Below are positions 15,623 to 24,179 of a stretch of 64,000 nt of DNA, piece by piece; the first letter of the stretch is position 1, and every line of letters starts with the position of its first letter. The notes under the pieces are model-generated. The model ran no database searches and was not told the origin of the DNA. It worked only from the letters and a program-made list of their open reading frames with translations. Source of the DNA: Bacteriovoracaceae bacterium (GTDB lineage: Bacteria > Bdellovibrionota > Bacteriovoracia > Bacteriovoracales > Bacteriovoracaceae). Made by a program: the position numbers and the translations under genes. Location: assembly GCA_040399925.1 (NCBI GenBank), contig JBBARF010000002.1:3213-67212 (forward strand), in the 5' to 3' direction.

Positions 15623-15844
15623 TTATTGATTTAGGCGACGTGACTTTTTTGCAGCTTTTTCAAAATCATCAGCCAATTCTGAAAGTATTGCATCTAAAGC
15701 GCTCTCTGTGACAGGGAGATTGTTCTCTTGGAGCTCACTGACAGCGTTATAGACCGCGCCTGAAACAAAGTTTTTTGCTTCAATTGGTCCCATTTTACCA
15801 TTGATGATTTCGTATAATTTTTCTAATGATTTTGAGGATTTCAT
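15623..15844 (-). CDS. Small hypothetical helical protein (73 aa)
   Basis: Clean ORF downstream of brnA on the same strand; its 5' end is duplicated at 13441-13487. Confidence 0.6.
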   Translation of the reverse strand: MKSSKSLEKLYEIINGKMGPIEAKNFVSGAVYNAVSELQENNLPVTESALDAILSELADDFEKAAKKSRRLNQ

Positions 15845-15866
15845 ATGACGCCTTTGAATGCTTATC
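15820..15866. repeat. 47-bp imperfect direct repeat, copy 2
   Basis: 42/47 identical to 13441-13487. Confidence 0.85.
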
Positions 15867-15918
15867 GGTCTCTTTAGGGCTTTTGTTTAATTTTAACCTG
15901 CTAATCATTATAGTTCGT

Positions 15919-16161
15919 TTATGCTGTTTTATTTAAAGATTCCTCAAGTGAATTCCTTATCCATTTTTGGTAATCCAGGCCTTCTAATTCGGCTTTTTCT
16001 TTAATTGCTTCGAGCAGATCCTCACTCATACGTAGGGTTACTGTTTTGTTTTTAGGCTTTAGTTCAAAATTTACTTTTTTCCATCCTGGAAGATCGAACA
16101 AAGAGGTTAGATCCCGTTTAAGAGGATCTTTATTTTTTGAAGGTTTCTTTGAACTTTTCAT
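15919..16161 (-). CDS. brnA: BrnA/CopG-type RHH antitoxin
   Basis: C-terminal RHH motif KTVTLRMSEDLLEAIKEKAELEGLDYQKWI; overlaps the brnT stop. Confidence 0.8.
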   Translation of the reverse strand: MKSSKKPSKNKDPLKRDLTSLFDLPGWKKVNFELKPKNKTVTLRMSEDLLEAIKEKAELEGLDYQKWIRNSLEESLNKTA

Positions 16162-16411
16162 ATTTAGTAGCTTCTTTTGGTCTCATGAACCTTGCTGAAA
16201 TAACTCGTATTTTAGTATCCCTGAAAGTGAAACATACAAACATTGGCTTGCCGGATTTTCCTCGTCCAACCGCGATAAAGCGTTCCTCGGTTTTGGAATG
16301 ATTTGGGTCTGGGATAATCATTAAATCTTGTTGAAAAAACTCCTCTATTTCTTCAATAGGGAATCTTTTGAGGATTTTACCGATGTTCCCTTCATCCCAT
16401 TCAAAAATCAT
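16130..16411 (-). CDS. brnT: BrnT family ribonuclease toxin (DUF497)
   Basis: FEWDEGN...EEIEEFF...DPNHSKTEERFIAVG...VCFTFRDTKIRVISAR. Confidence 0.9.
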   Translation of the reverse strand: MIFEWDEGNIGKILKRFPIEEIEEFFQQDLMIIPDPNHSKTEERFIAVGRGKSGKPMFVCFTFRDTKIRVISARFMRPKEATKYEKFKETFKK

Positions 16412-16434
16412 TCTCTACCTCAATTAGACCATGA

Positions 16435-16463
16435 ATTACAAGAAATGTAAATACAAATGTAAA
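16435..16463 (-). promoter_or_regulatory. Putative brnTA promoter with tandem operator repeats
   Basis: On the minus strand TTTACA-17 nt-TGTAAT; 9-bp direct repeat AAATGTAAA at 16443 and 16455. Confidence 0.45.
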
Positions 16464-16540
16464 CACTCGGATTTGTAAAGATATTATAGATTAATGAAGG
16501 CGCGTTTTATAAGCTCAAAGAGAATTTTAGTGGAAGATTT

Positions 16541-17188
16541 TCAAAACCGATAAAGCAAATCAGTAAACACCGTCGATTCTTCATCAAAGTGATGCTTACT
16601 TTCAAGCACCCGTGCTGAAACAAAAGTGAAGTGGGGTTTCAAGAGTTTTTGGTACTTCTCCCGAGTGCGGTGGATGGCGTACTCGTCTTTAAAATCGAGC
16701 TCCGAAACCTGGCGGCCGAGCTCCACGTTGGTGGGAACGGTAAGATATAGGTACTTAATTCGTTGGGCGAGAATCGGGATAATTTCTTTGAGATCCTTAT
16801 CGCTCAGATACTGAAAAACCGAAGTGCAAATGCCGAGGTCGAAAGGTTTTGATTTCTTAGCATCTCCGCGGCACCAAGTAAGAAGATCCATTTCGAAAAG
16901 GCGCAGGTCAGTTGAGGGGACTGGGCGCAGTTTATCCAGTTTTGCCTTTTTAAAAATATAGGGCGAGGGTTCAATGCCGATGGCTGTGTGAGGAATGAAG
17001 GCCTTCATCATTTCGCGGAAAAGATGGCCGTAACCGAAACCGAGATCGACGATGGTACCGATGTCGACGTGCTCGATGGCGAAGAATGATTGGAGGTAAC
17101 GGGTGTGCTCTTTAGCATTGCCGATGCCGTCCATGGACATGGGGTCTGAGTAGTTTTTATCCCAGTAGGTTTTGTCGAAGGCTTTCAT
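16541..17188 (-). CDS. Class I SAM-dependent methyltransferase
   Basis: Motif I VDLGFGYG, motif II GIEPS, post-II FDLGICTSVFQY. ATG17188 (MKAFDKTYW) is preferred over the track start at 17248. Confidence 0.8.
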   Translation of the reverse strand: MKAFDKTYWDKNYSDPMSMDGIGNAKEHTRYLQSFFAIEHVDIGTIVDLGFGYGHLFREMMKAFIPHTAIGIEPSPYIFKKAKLDKLRPVPSTDLRLFEMDLLTWCRGDAKKSKPFDLGICTSVFQYLSDKDLKEIIPILAQRIKYLYLTVPTNVELGRQVSELDFKDEYAIHRTREKYQKLLKPHFTFVSARVLESKHHFDEESTVFTDLLYRF

Positions 17189-17357
17189 GTGTAAAAATGT
17201 ACAGTTCAAACCCGCATTTTGACTACAATCAAATCCTTTAATTCCCAATATTCGTTTAAATTCCCTATTGGAAAATTTTTGTTAACTGTTCTGAAAAAAC
17301 TGTGACTCTGGGCCAAGCACTGCTAATAATCACGTAAATACAGGCGTTTGATGAGTA

Positions 17358-17401
17358 TTGATATAAACTGATAATCGGCTATAATGTAAACTAGGTTTAC
17401 A
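17358..17401 (+). promoter_or_regulatory. Sigma70 promoter with perfect palindromic operator
   Basis: TTGATA(17358)-16 nt-TATAAT(17380); TGTAAAC-tag-GTTTACA (17385-17401) covers the transcription start region. Confidence 0.7.
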
Positions 17402-17419
17402 CCGATAAGAAGGTGGGAT

Positions 17420-17761
17420 GTGGCGACATCAAGAAGAAAACCAGAAAAAAAGAGCGATCTAAGTTTGTTTGAATTGGTAGAAAGGAGAGTTGAAAATGTT
17501 GACTACATTTTTCTACCACACGCAAAAGCAAGATTGTCGGAGAGAGATATTTTAGAACCGGCCGTTCTGGATATCCTCGAAGGTAGGCATGGAAGGAAAC
17601 GGAAAAGAAATAAGAGAAAAGATGCTTACAAAGATGGCAATAAGGATTGGAATTATTGTATTGAAGGAGTCTCTCCTGATAATGAGAAAATTCGAATAAT
17701 ATTAAGCTTTGACGAAAAGATGATGCTTATCATAACTGTGATGTGGGTAGGGAAGGAATAA
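17420..17761 (+). CDS. DUF4258-family toxin-like protein
   Basis: YIFLPHAKARLSERDI....VLDIL...WNYCIEG....KIRIILSF...MLIITVM; located directly upstream of an HTH gene. Confidence 0.75.
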   Translation: MATSRRKPEKKSDLSLFELVERRVENVDYIFLPHAKARLSERDILEPAVLDILEGRHGRKRKRNKRKDAYKDGNKDWNYCIEGVSPDNEKIRIILSFDEKMMLIITVMWVGKE

Positions 17762-17762
17762 A

Positions 17763-18212
17763 ATGGAAACGAAAATTCAACAGAAGTATATTTATGAAGG
17801 TTTAGGTTTTCCTGTCGAACTTCATAACGTCATTATGGTAAAAGTAGGGAAAGAATGGGCACCAAAGATTGATGTAAGAAAAATTGCCAAGGATGCCTTA
17901 AAAGAAATTCCGACTCAACAAACCCGATTAACCGGCGCGCAAATTAGATTTGTTAGAGAGTCTTTTGGAATGTCTCTCCGAGTGTTCGCTACAAAAGTGG
18001 TCCATCAGTCCCACATGGCGGTCAGCAAATGGGAAAAATTTGACGATGAACCAACGAATATGGATGCAGCTACCGAGGTTGTGCTCAGACTATATGTCTT
18101 CCATGAGGTAACAGCAAAAAAACCAAAACAAGAAATGAAGTTTTTTCAGGCCTACGAAATAATAAGTTCCATGGTTTTTAAGGATTCTAAGTTAGTTGCT
18201 TTGAGCCTTTAA
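17763..18212 (+). CDS. MqsA/YgiT-like XRE HTH antitoxin (no Zn finger)
   Basis: LTGAQIRFVRESFGMSLRVFA...SHMAVSKWE HTH; 1-bp gap after the toxin. Confidence 0.8.
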   Translation: METKIQQKYIYEGLGFPVELHNVIMVKVGKEWAPKIDVRKIAKDALKEIPTQQTRLTGAQIRFVRESFGMSLRVFATKVVHQSHMAVSKWEKFDDEPTNMDAATEVVLRLYVFHEVTAKKPKQEMKFFQAYEIISSMVFKDSKLVALSL

Positions 18213-18223
18213 TTTTTTTAATA

Positions 18224-18406
18224 ATGAAACGAAGGCGTCATTCAGTAGAGTCTTCTGCGAAGAGACTTCTAGGCATGGTTGAAGCCCTGATCAAGTCTGG
18301 TGCAGATATTCGCTTGGAAGCTATATTTGAGGAAGTTAAGAAGAAAGTTGCGGGCCTTGATAAGAAGATAAGGCTTCATAGGAAAGTTGAATCGGTTAAT
18401 TATTGA
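18224..18406 (+). CDS. Short hypothetical ORF or gene fragment
   Basis: 60-aa ORF following the TA pair; weak RBS; no confident family. Confidence 0.3.
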   Translation: MKRRRHSVESSAKRLLGMVEALIKSGADIRLEAIFEEVKKKVAGLDKKIRLHRKVESVNY

Positions 18407-18425
18407 TAGTTTGTTTGTGGAGAGG

Positions 18426-19988
18426 TCATTGTTTCATCCATAGTTCATGGCCGCATTGTCCTACAAAAATCTTTCTGAATTCGACTCCTGATGGTGAAGT
18501 GACCGAAGTCTTATTTTTAAGATCGTTATAAAACCGTTTTTTCTCGTCCCAGTTCTCAACCATCTTTCCGTAGAAATCTTTGGGAGGATCATTAAGGTAT
18601 TGTGTTGAGTTATGTCTGGTGACACCGAAGAAAACTACTTTTTCAGTAATCTTGCTCCAGTCAATTCCCCAATGAGCGGAGGTGTATTTATCGATTTTTT
18701 CGTCGGTTGGGAAATACGGTTCTTTAGCTACAAGATGATTTTCAGAAACGGTGGAAGAAATAATTTTCGTGATCTGATCGTACTCACTAAAACATGCGTT
18801 TTGCATTTTCTTCATTGCAAAATAGTTAGGACTAATTCCAATCAGTTTTATTCCGACTAAAATCAAAACTGCCGCAGCAAGATTAGAATTTACTCGCCAA
18901 GGTAAATAATGAAGTACCAAAACAAGGACTAGTACCATAAATGCAATCACTAGTGGCATTGTATGATGATCGCCATTAAACGACATCTTTCTCATTAAAA
19001 TAGGAATGAAACTTATGATCACCAAGGCGACTATTTTAAAAGAAAATAATTTTTCTCGGTTTTGAGAAAAGATGCTACCAACAAGTATAATTGGAGCGAC
19101 ATAAATTAATTGGTTTCCTGCAATACCTAGAATCTTTGAAATAGACTCTAAATCACCTATAGAATGGACGCTGCTTTCAAGAAGCAAAAACCGAATGTGT
19201 TTATAGAAGCCGAAGTTTTGCGGAAAGCCTACTGCTAAGTAAGCCAAGAGCATGTAACTAACATACTTTAGTGTGAGAGAAAGATTTTTTTTATTTAAAG
19301 GTACTATGAGAAGTAACAAGATCCCAGGTATGAAAATGGAGGTTGACCGCTTTACCGCCATGGCCAAGCCCCAAGTGAAGGCTGAAATAATTAGAATACG
19401 AAGATTCTCTTTTTCCGACAGAAAGCGAGCAAACATATATACAGCGATAGCAGTAAAGACATTTAGGAGATGCTCGGGATGAGGCCGAAAAATCCATTCA
19501 GTCCACATCGGTATTTGTAGTGTCGAGAGAAGGAAGAACATTCCAAAAAGTGGAACGATATAAACAGTTCCAAAAAATACCCATCCTATAAACAGACCCA
19601 AACTATACAATGAGAAAAGCGAAACAAGCTTGAGAGCAAAATTATGAGACTTTTCTCTGCCTTCTAGAGATGTCAGATTACCATTTTGCAATGGTACTAA
19701 ATCGGCAATTGACTGAGAAAGCCGGTAATAAAGGTTTCCATACGGGGCAAAATGATTCGAATTGTACCATCTGGTGGCCATAGAAGTTTCAATGGCCCTC
19801 CCCCCATCATTGTCGCCAGCAAAGACATAGCCCTTGTGTGTTGAGGTCTCATAGAGCGGAATCGACAAGTTAATGAGCAAATAAGCTGAAATCATTAGCG
19901 AGAATAACCATGAAACAACTCTGAAGGTATCCGAGATTAAGTGGTGGCTTCTTAAGAGAGAAAACTGCTGTAAAATAAATGCTTTCAA
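18426..19988 (-). CDS. Polytopic membrane protein, GT-C (ArnT/PMT-like) glycosyltransferase candidate
   Basis: About 11 TM helices, first-loop acidic motif DNDGG, conserved-type GLAMAVK, soluble C-terminal domain. Confidence 0.55.
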   Translation of the reverse strand: MKAFILQQFSLLRSHHLISDTFRVVSWLFSLMISAYLLINLSIPLYETSTHKGYVFAGDNDGGRAIETSMATRWYNSNHFAPYGNLYYRLSQSIADLVPLQNGNLTSLEGREKSHNFALKLVSLFSLYSLGLFIGWVFFGTVYIVPLFGMFFLLSTLQIPMWTEWIFRPHPEHLLNVFTAIAVYMFARFLSEKENLRILIISAFTWGLAMAVKRSTSIFIPGILLLLIVPLNKKNLSLTLKYVSYMLLAYLAVGFPQNFGFYKHIRFLLLESSVHSIGDLESISKILGIAGNQLIYVAPIILVGSIFSQNREKLFSFKIVALVIISFIPILMRKMSFNGDHHTMPLVIAFMVLVLVLVLHYLPWRVNSNLAAAVLILVGIKLIGISPNYFAMKKMQNACFSEYDQITKIISSTVSENHLVAKEPYFPTDEKIDKYTSAHWGIDWSKITEKVVFFGVTRHNSTQYLNDPPKDFYGKMVENWDEKKRFYNDLKNKTSVTSPSGVEFRKIFVGQCGHELWMKQ

Positions 19989-20032
19989 TACTTAATCCTG
20001 AGTTCTAATTGGAGAAAAATTAGTTTAGTATT

Positions 20033-21373
20033 TTGACTACTAAAATACAAAATTTGATTTCTTTAAATAGGAGTTTTGCTTTGCGAAATAATGTCATTGA
20101 AGCATCAAAAGCTTTTTTTCAACAACAGGGCGTTAAGAAGATTGTTCCAGGCACGGATTATATCCCTGTATCTGGAAAAGTTCTGGAAGAAGACGATCTG
20201 ACCAATCTTATTGAATCTTGCCTCGACCTCTGGTTAACCACCGGTCGTTTTGCTAAAGATTTTGAAAAGCAGTTCGCTACTTTCATGGAACAAAAATACT
20301 GTTTACTCGTCAATTCTGGATCATCGGCCAATCTAGTTGCTTTCAGTGCTCTGACTTCACCAGTTCTTGGAAAAGATATGGTTAAAGTTGGGGATGAAGT
20401 TATTACGGTCGCTGCTGGTTTTCCAACGACGGTCAATCCGATCATTCAATGTGGCTGTATTCCAGTTTTCGTCGATGTCGAAGCTGATACCCACCAAGTG
20501 GACATTACTCTTTTAGAAAAAGCTTTAAGTCCTAAAACTTCAGCAGTGATGATTGCCCATACTCTGGGAAATCCTTTCAACGTTAAAGCGGTTAAAGAAT
20601 TTTGCGACAAGCATGATCTTTGGCTGGTTGAAGATTGTTGTGATGCTGTTGGTGCTCGCCACCACGGTAAGATGATAGGAACTTTCGGTGATATCGCTAC
20701 AGTGAGCTTTTATCCTGCTCACCATATGACTATGGGTGAAGGCGGAGCTGTTCTCATGTCTGAGCATCGTTTGAAAAAGATTGCAGAAAGTTTCCGTGAC
20801 TGGGGTCGTGACTGTTGGTGCCCGACTGGAAAAGATAACTCATGCAATAATCGTTTTGGTCAGAAAATGGGCGAATTGCCAGAAGGCTATGATCATAAAT
20901 ATATCTACACTCACATTGGTTACAATCTCAAAGTGACGGATATGCAAGCGGCCATTGGTCTGTCTCAACTTCGTAAGCTTCCTAAGTTTATTGAAATGAG
21001 AAATGCCAATGCAAAATATCTTTCAACTAAACTTGAACATCTTACCCAGTTCATTAACTTGCCTAAAGTTACTCCTGATAGTGAGCCGAGTTGGTTTGGA
21101 TATCCGATTACCATTAAGGATCCTCGCATTTCAAGAAACGCTCTGGTTAAATTTCTTGAAGCTAATAAAATTGGAACTCGTTTGCTCTTCGCTGGAAATC
21201 TTTTACGCCAACCTCTTTATGAGCATGCTCCCAAGAGAGTCGTGGGTGAACTGAAGAATACCGATAAAATTATGAATGATACTTTCTGGACTGGAGTTTA
21301 TCCGGCGATCAAAGAAGTTCACTTAGATTATATCGCTTTAAAAATTGAAGAAGGAATTAAGGCACAACTATGA
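20033..21373 (+). CDS. rfbH: CDP-4-keto-6-deoxyglucose 3-dehydrase E1 (RfbH/DdhC)
   Basis: IPVSGKV, NSGSSANL, SFYPAHHMTMGEGG, RDWGRDCWC Fe-S Cys motif, RLLFAGNL. Confidence 0.93.
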   Translation: MTTKIQNLISLNRSFALRNNVIEASKAFFQQQGVKKIVPGTDYIPVSGKVLEEDDLTNLIESCLDLWLTTGRFAKDFEKQFATFMEQKYCLLVNSGSSANLVAFSALTSPVLGKDMVKVGDEVITVAAGFPTTVNPIIQCGCIPVFVDVEADTHQVDITLLEKALSPKTSAVMIAHTLGNPFNVKAVKEFCDKHDLWLVEDCCDAVGARHHGKMIGTFGDIATVSFYPAHHMTMGEGGAVLMSEHRLKKIAESFRDWGRDCWCPTGKDNSCNNRFGQKMGELPEGYDHKYIYTHIGYNLKVTDMQAAIGLSQLRKLPKFIEMRNANAKYLSTKLEHLTQFINLPKVTPDSEPSWFGYPITIKDPRISRNALVKFLEANKIGTRLLFAGNLLRQPLYEHAPKRVVGELKNTDKIMNDTFWTGVYPAIKEVHLDYIALKIEEGIKAQL

Positions 21374-22140
21374 AAGTCGCAATTCTCGCAGGTGGATACG
21401 GAACAAGATTAAGTGAAGAGACCGACATTAAACCAAAACCAATGGTTGATATTGGTGGAAAGCCCATCATCTGGCACATCATGAAACACTATTCTCATTA
21501 CGGGCATAATGAATTCGTCATCCTTTGTGGTTACAAGAGCTATTACATTAAAGAATATTTCGCGAACTATTTTCTTCATCAGAGTGACGTTACGTTTGAT
21601 ATTAAAAATAATAAAATGGAAATTCACAACAACACTAGTGAACCATGGAAAGTGACTTTGGTTGATACCGGTCTTGAAACAATGACTGGCGGGCGTGTGA
21701 AACGGGCTGAGAAGTTTTTAAAAGATGATACCTTTCTTCTTACTTACGGTGATGGAGTGAGTGACATTGATCTTGAAAAATTGATCTCCTTCCATAAGAA
21801 GAATGGCAAGCTCATGACTCTGACTTCGGTTCAACCTGATGGCAGATTCGGAGCACTTGAACTTGAAGGAGATTTGATCCGTAAATTTGCCGAGAAACCA
21901 AAAGGCGACGGTTCTTGGATCAATGGCGGCTTCTTTGTATGTGAGCCGAAAATTTTTGATTACATTACTGAAGGTGACGCAACAATTCTCGAAAGATCTC
22001 CTCTGGAAAAACTCGCTAACGAAAGACAACTCGTGGCTTTCAAACACGAAGGATTCTGGAGACCAATGGACACTCTTAGAGATAAAGTTCAGCTGGAACA
22101 ACTATGGGCCGATAAGAAGGCTCCATGGAAGGTTTGGTAG
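21370..22140 (+). CDS. rfbF: Glucose-1-phosphate cytidylyltransferase
   Basis: ILAGGYGTRLSEET..KPKPMV, VDTGLETMTGGRVKR, LTYGDGVSD. Confidence 0.95.
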   Translation: MKVAILAGGYGTRLSEETDIKPKPMVDIGGKPIIWHIMKHYSHYGHNEFVILCGYKSYYIKEYFANYFLHQSDVTFDIKNNKMEIHNNTSEPWKVTLVDTGLETMTGGRVKRAEKFLKDDTFLLTYGDGVSDIDLEKLISFHKKNGKLMTLTSVQPDGRFGALELEGDLIRKFAEKPKGDGSWINGGFFVCEPKIFDYITEGDATILERSPLEKLANERQLVAFKHEGFWRPMDTLRDKVQLEQLWADKKAPWKVW

Positions 22141-23201
22141 TGAATAAGGCGTTCTGGAAAGGGAAAAGAGTTTTTGTTACCGGTCATACTGGCTTCAAAG
22201 GAAGCTGGTTAGTGATGATACTCAAAGATGCTGGCGCCGTTGTGGCCGGATATTCGCGAGATATCCCGACAACTCCATCGTTTTTTGAAACTTGTAAAGT
22301 AAGTGAGCTTTTAGAAAAAGATTATCGTGGTGATATTGTTAATCATCAAAAATTTAAACAAGACCTCTTTGATTTTTCTCCTGAGATCGTTTTCCACTTG
22401 GCGGCTCAGCCACTGGTTAGATTATCTTATGCAGACCCATTTGAAACCTACAACACAAACGTCATGGGCACACTTTCCGTCTTAATGGCGGCGAGCGAGT
22501 GCTTAAGTGTAAATACCATCGTCAATATTACGACCGACAAATGTTATGACAATAAAGAGTGGGCATGGGGCTATAGAGAAAATGATTCTCTAGGCGGGCA
22601 TGATCCTTATTCTAGCTCCAAAGCATGTGCTGAAATATTATCTGCCAGTATCAGAGATTCTTTTCTAACGAAGAGTCATAAGAAAATGGCCACTGCCCGC
22701 GCTGGAAATGTAATCGGTGGCGGTGACTGGGCACAGGACAGGATTGTTCCGGATTTTATGCGTGCCTTTGAATCAAAAACTAAAATACAAATTCGTAACC
22801 CCTATGCCACTCGTCCATGGCAACATGTGATTGAGCCTCTTGTAGGTTATATGACTTTGGCCGAGAAGCTTTATAATGATGGCAGCTACTCTGGTGCTTG
22901 GAATTTTGGTCCAGATGAGAAAGACTGTAAGAATGTTGAATACATTGTCTCCACACTTCATGAAATCGTTCCTGAACACAAGGGCATTGAAGTTCAGAAA
23001 AGTGCTCATCAACCGCATGAAGCTAATTTCTTAAAGCTTGATTGCAGTAAGGCCAAATCACAGCTTGGTTGGTATCCAAAGTTTGATGTCAAAGAAGCAC
23101 TCACTTTATCGGCTGACTGGTATGTGAAGTTCCTTCAGGGTGATGATATGCAGAAAGTTTCTTATGATCATATCAATCGATACTTTCAACATGAAAAATG
23201 A
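22125..23201 (+). CDS. rfbG: CDP-glucose 4,6-dehydratase
   Basis: FWKGKRVFVTGHTGFKGSWL, HLAAQPLVR, TTDKCY, DPYSSSK, RPWQHV. Confidence 0.95.
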   Translation: MEGLVVNKAFWKGKRVFVTGHTGFKGSWLVMILKDAGAVVAGYSRDIPTTPSFFETCKVSELLEKDYRGDIVNHQKFKQDLFDFSPEIVFHLAAQPLVRLSYADPFETYNTNVMGTLSVLMAASECLSVNTIVNITTDKCYDNKEWAWGYRENDSLGGHDPYSSSKACAEILSASIRDSFLTKSHKKMATARAGNVIGGGDWAQDRIVPDFMRAFESKTKIQIRNPYATRPWQHVIEPLVGYMTLAEKLYNDGSYSGAWNFGPDEKDCKNVEYIVSTLHEIVPEHKGIEVQKSAHQPHEANFLKLDCSKAKSQLGWYPKFDVKEALTLSADWYVKFLQGDDMQKVSYDHINRYFQHEK

Positions 23202-24177
23202 AGTTCTTGCGAAGTTAAATGGCAAACGTCTTTTCTTAACTGGTGGCACCGGTTATTTCGGTAAATCATTTTTGCAATGCCTGAAGTCGTATGATGTTGA
23301 ACTGAAAATCTTGACCCGCAACAGTCGTAGCTTTATCGAAAAATATCCTGGCTTATATGATTGTAAACGTATGTCCTTTATTGATGGTGATATCCAGACA
23401 TTTGATTTTCCCAAAGAACACTTTGATCACATCCTTCATTTTGCGACTCCCGCAGACGCAATTTGGAATGTCACTCATCCTCTTGAGATGTTTGATACGA
23501 TTGTAAACGGTACCCGCAGAGTTTTAGATTTCGCTGTAGAAGCGAAAATTAAGTCGGTGCTTTTTGCTAGTTCAGGTGCCGTTTATGGGAAGCAACCTCG
23601 GGAGTGTTCTCACATTCCTGAAGAGTATTTAGGTGCTCCGGACGTTACTCAGAATAATTCATCCTACGGTGAAGGCAAACGAGTCGCCGAGTATTTAGGA
23701 ACCTCCTATTCCCGCAAATATGGCTTCGATTTTAAGATTGCCCGCTGTTTTGCTTTTATCGGACCTCATCTTGATCCTGATGGAACCTATGCTATCGGCA
23801 ATCTTTTAAAAGATGCTGTTCAGGGCAAAACATTAACTATTCAGGGCGATGGAACGCCCTACAGATCGTTTCTCTATAGTGATGATCTGGTTTTATGGTT
23901 GGTGAAAATTCTGTGTGATGGTAAAAACTCCATCCCTTATAACGTAGGATCGGATCAAGATTTAAGCATCAAGGACCTGGCAGAGAAAATCGTAAAGACT
24001 CTCAATCTAAATAATGAAATCATAATTAAAAGTCAGACTACTCCTGGTAAACCGATCGAACGATATGTTCCATCTATCGAACGGGCCAAAAGGGACTTGG
24101 GTCTACAGGTATATACTTCTCTCGACGAATCCATCAAACTAACAGCTGCTTTTTATGCTGAAAAAATAGGCTTATAA
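23191..24177 (+). CDS. NAD-dependent epimerase/dehydratase (extended SDR), possible side-chain ketoreductase
   Basis: TGGTGYFG, ASSGAVYG, YGEGK, ARCFAFIGP. ATG23191 is preferred over 23140. Confidence 0.8.
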   Translation: MKNEVLAKLNGKRLFLTGGTGYFGKSFLQCLKSYDVELKILTRNSRSFIEKYPGLYDCKRMSFIDGDIQTFDFPKEHFDHILHFATPADAIWNVTHPLEMFDTIVNGTRRVLDFAVEAKIKSVLFASSGAVYGKQPRECSHIPEEYLGAPDVTQNNSSYGEGKRVAEYLGTSYSRKYGFDFKIARCFAFIGPHLDPDGTYAIGNLLKDAVQGKTLTIQGDGTPYRSFLYSDDLVLWLVKILCDGKNSIPYNVGSDQDLSIKDLAEKIVKTLNLNNEIIIKSQTTPGKPIERYVPSIERAKRDLGLQVYTSLDESIKLTAAFYAEKIGL

Positions 24178-24179
24178 AA

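Noticed and set aside
15807-15834. pdif-like site (ATTTCGTATAA matches the XerC arm)
   Set aside because: The XerD arm matches only about 5/11 and the site lies within a coding region.
18224-18406. Ankyrin-like motif VEALIKSGADI
   Set aside because: A single short match without the TPLH motif; insufficient evidence.
13090-18420. Integron cassette array or IS/prophage
   Set aside because: No RYYYAAC...GTTRRRY attC hairpins between genes, and no integrase, transposase or phage structural genes; genes lie on both strands.
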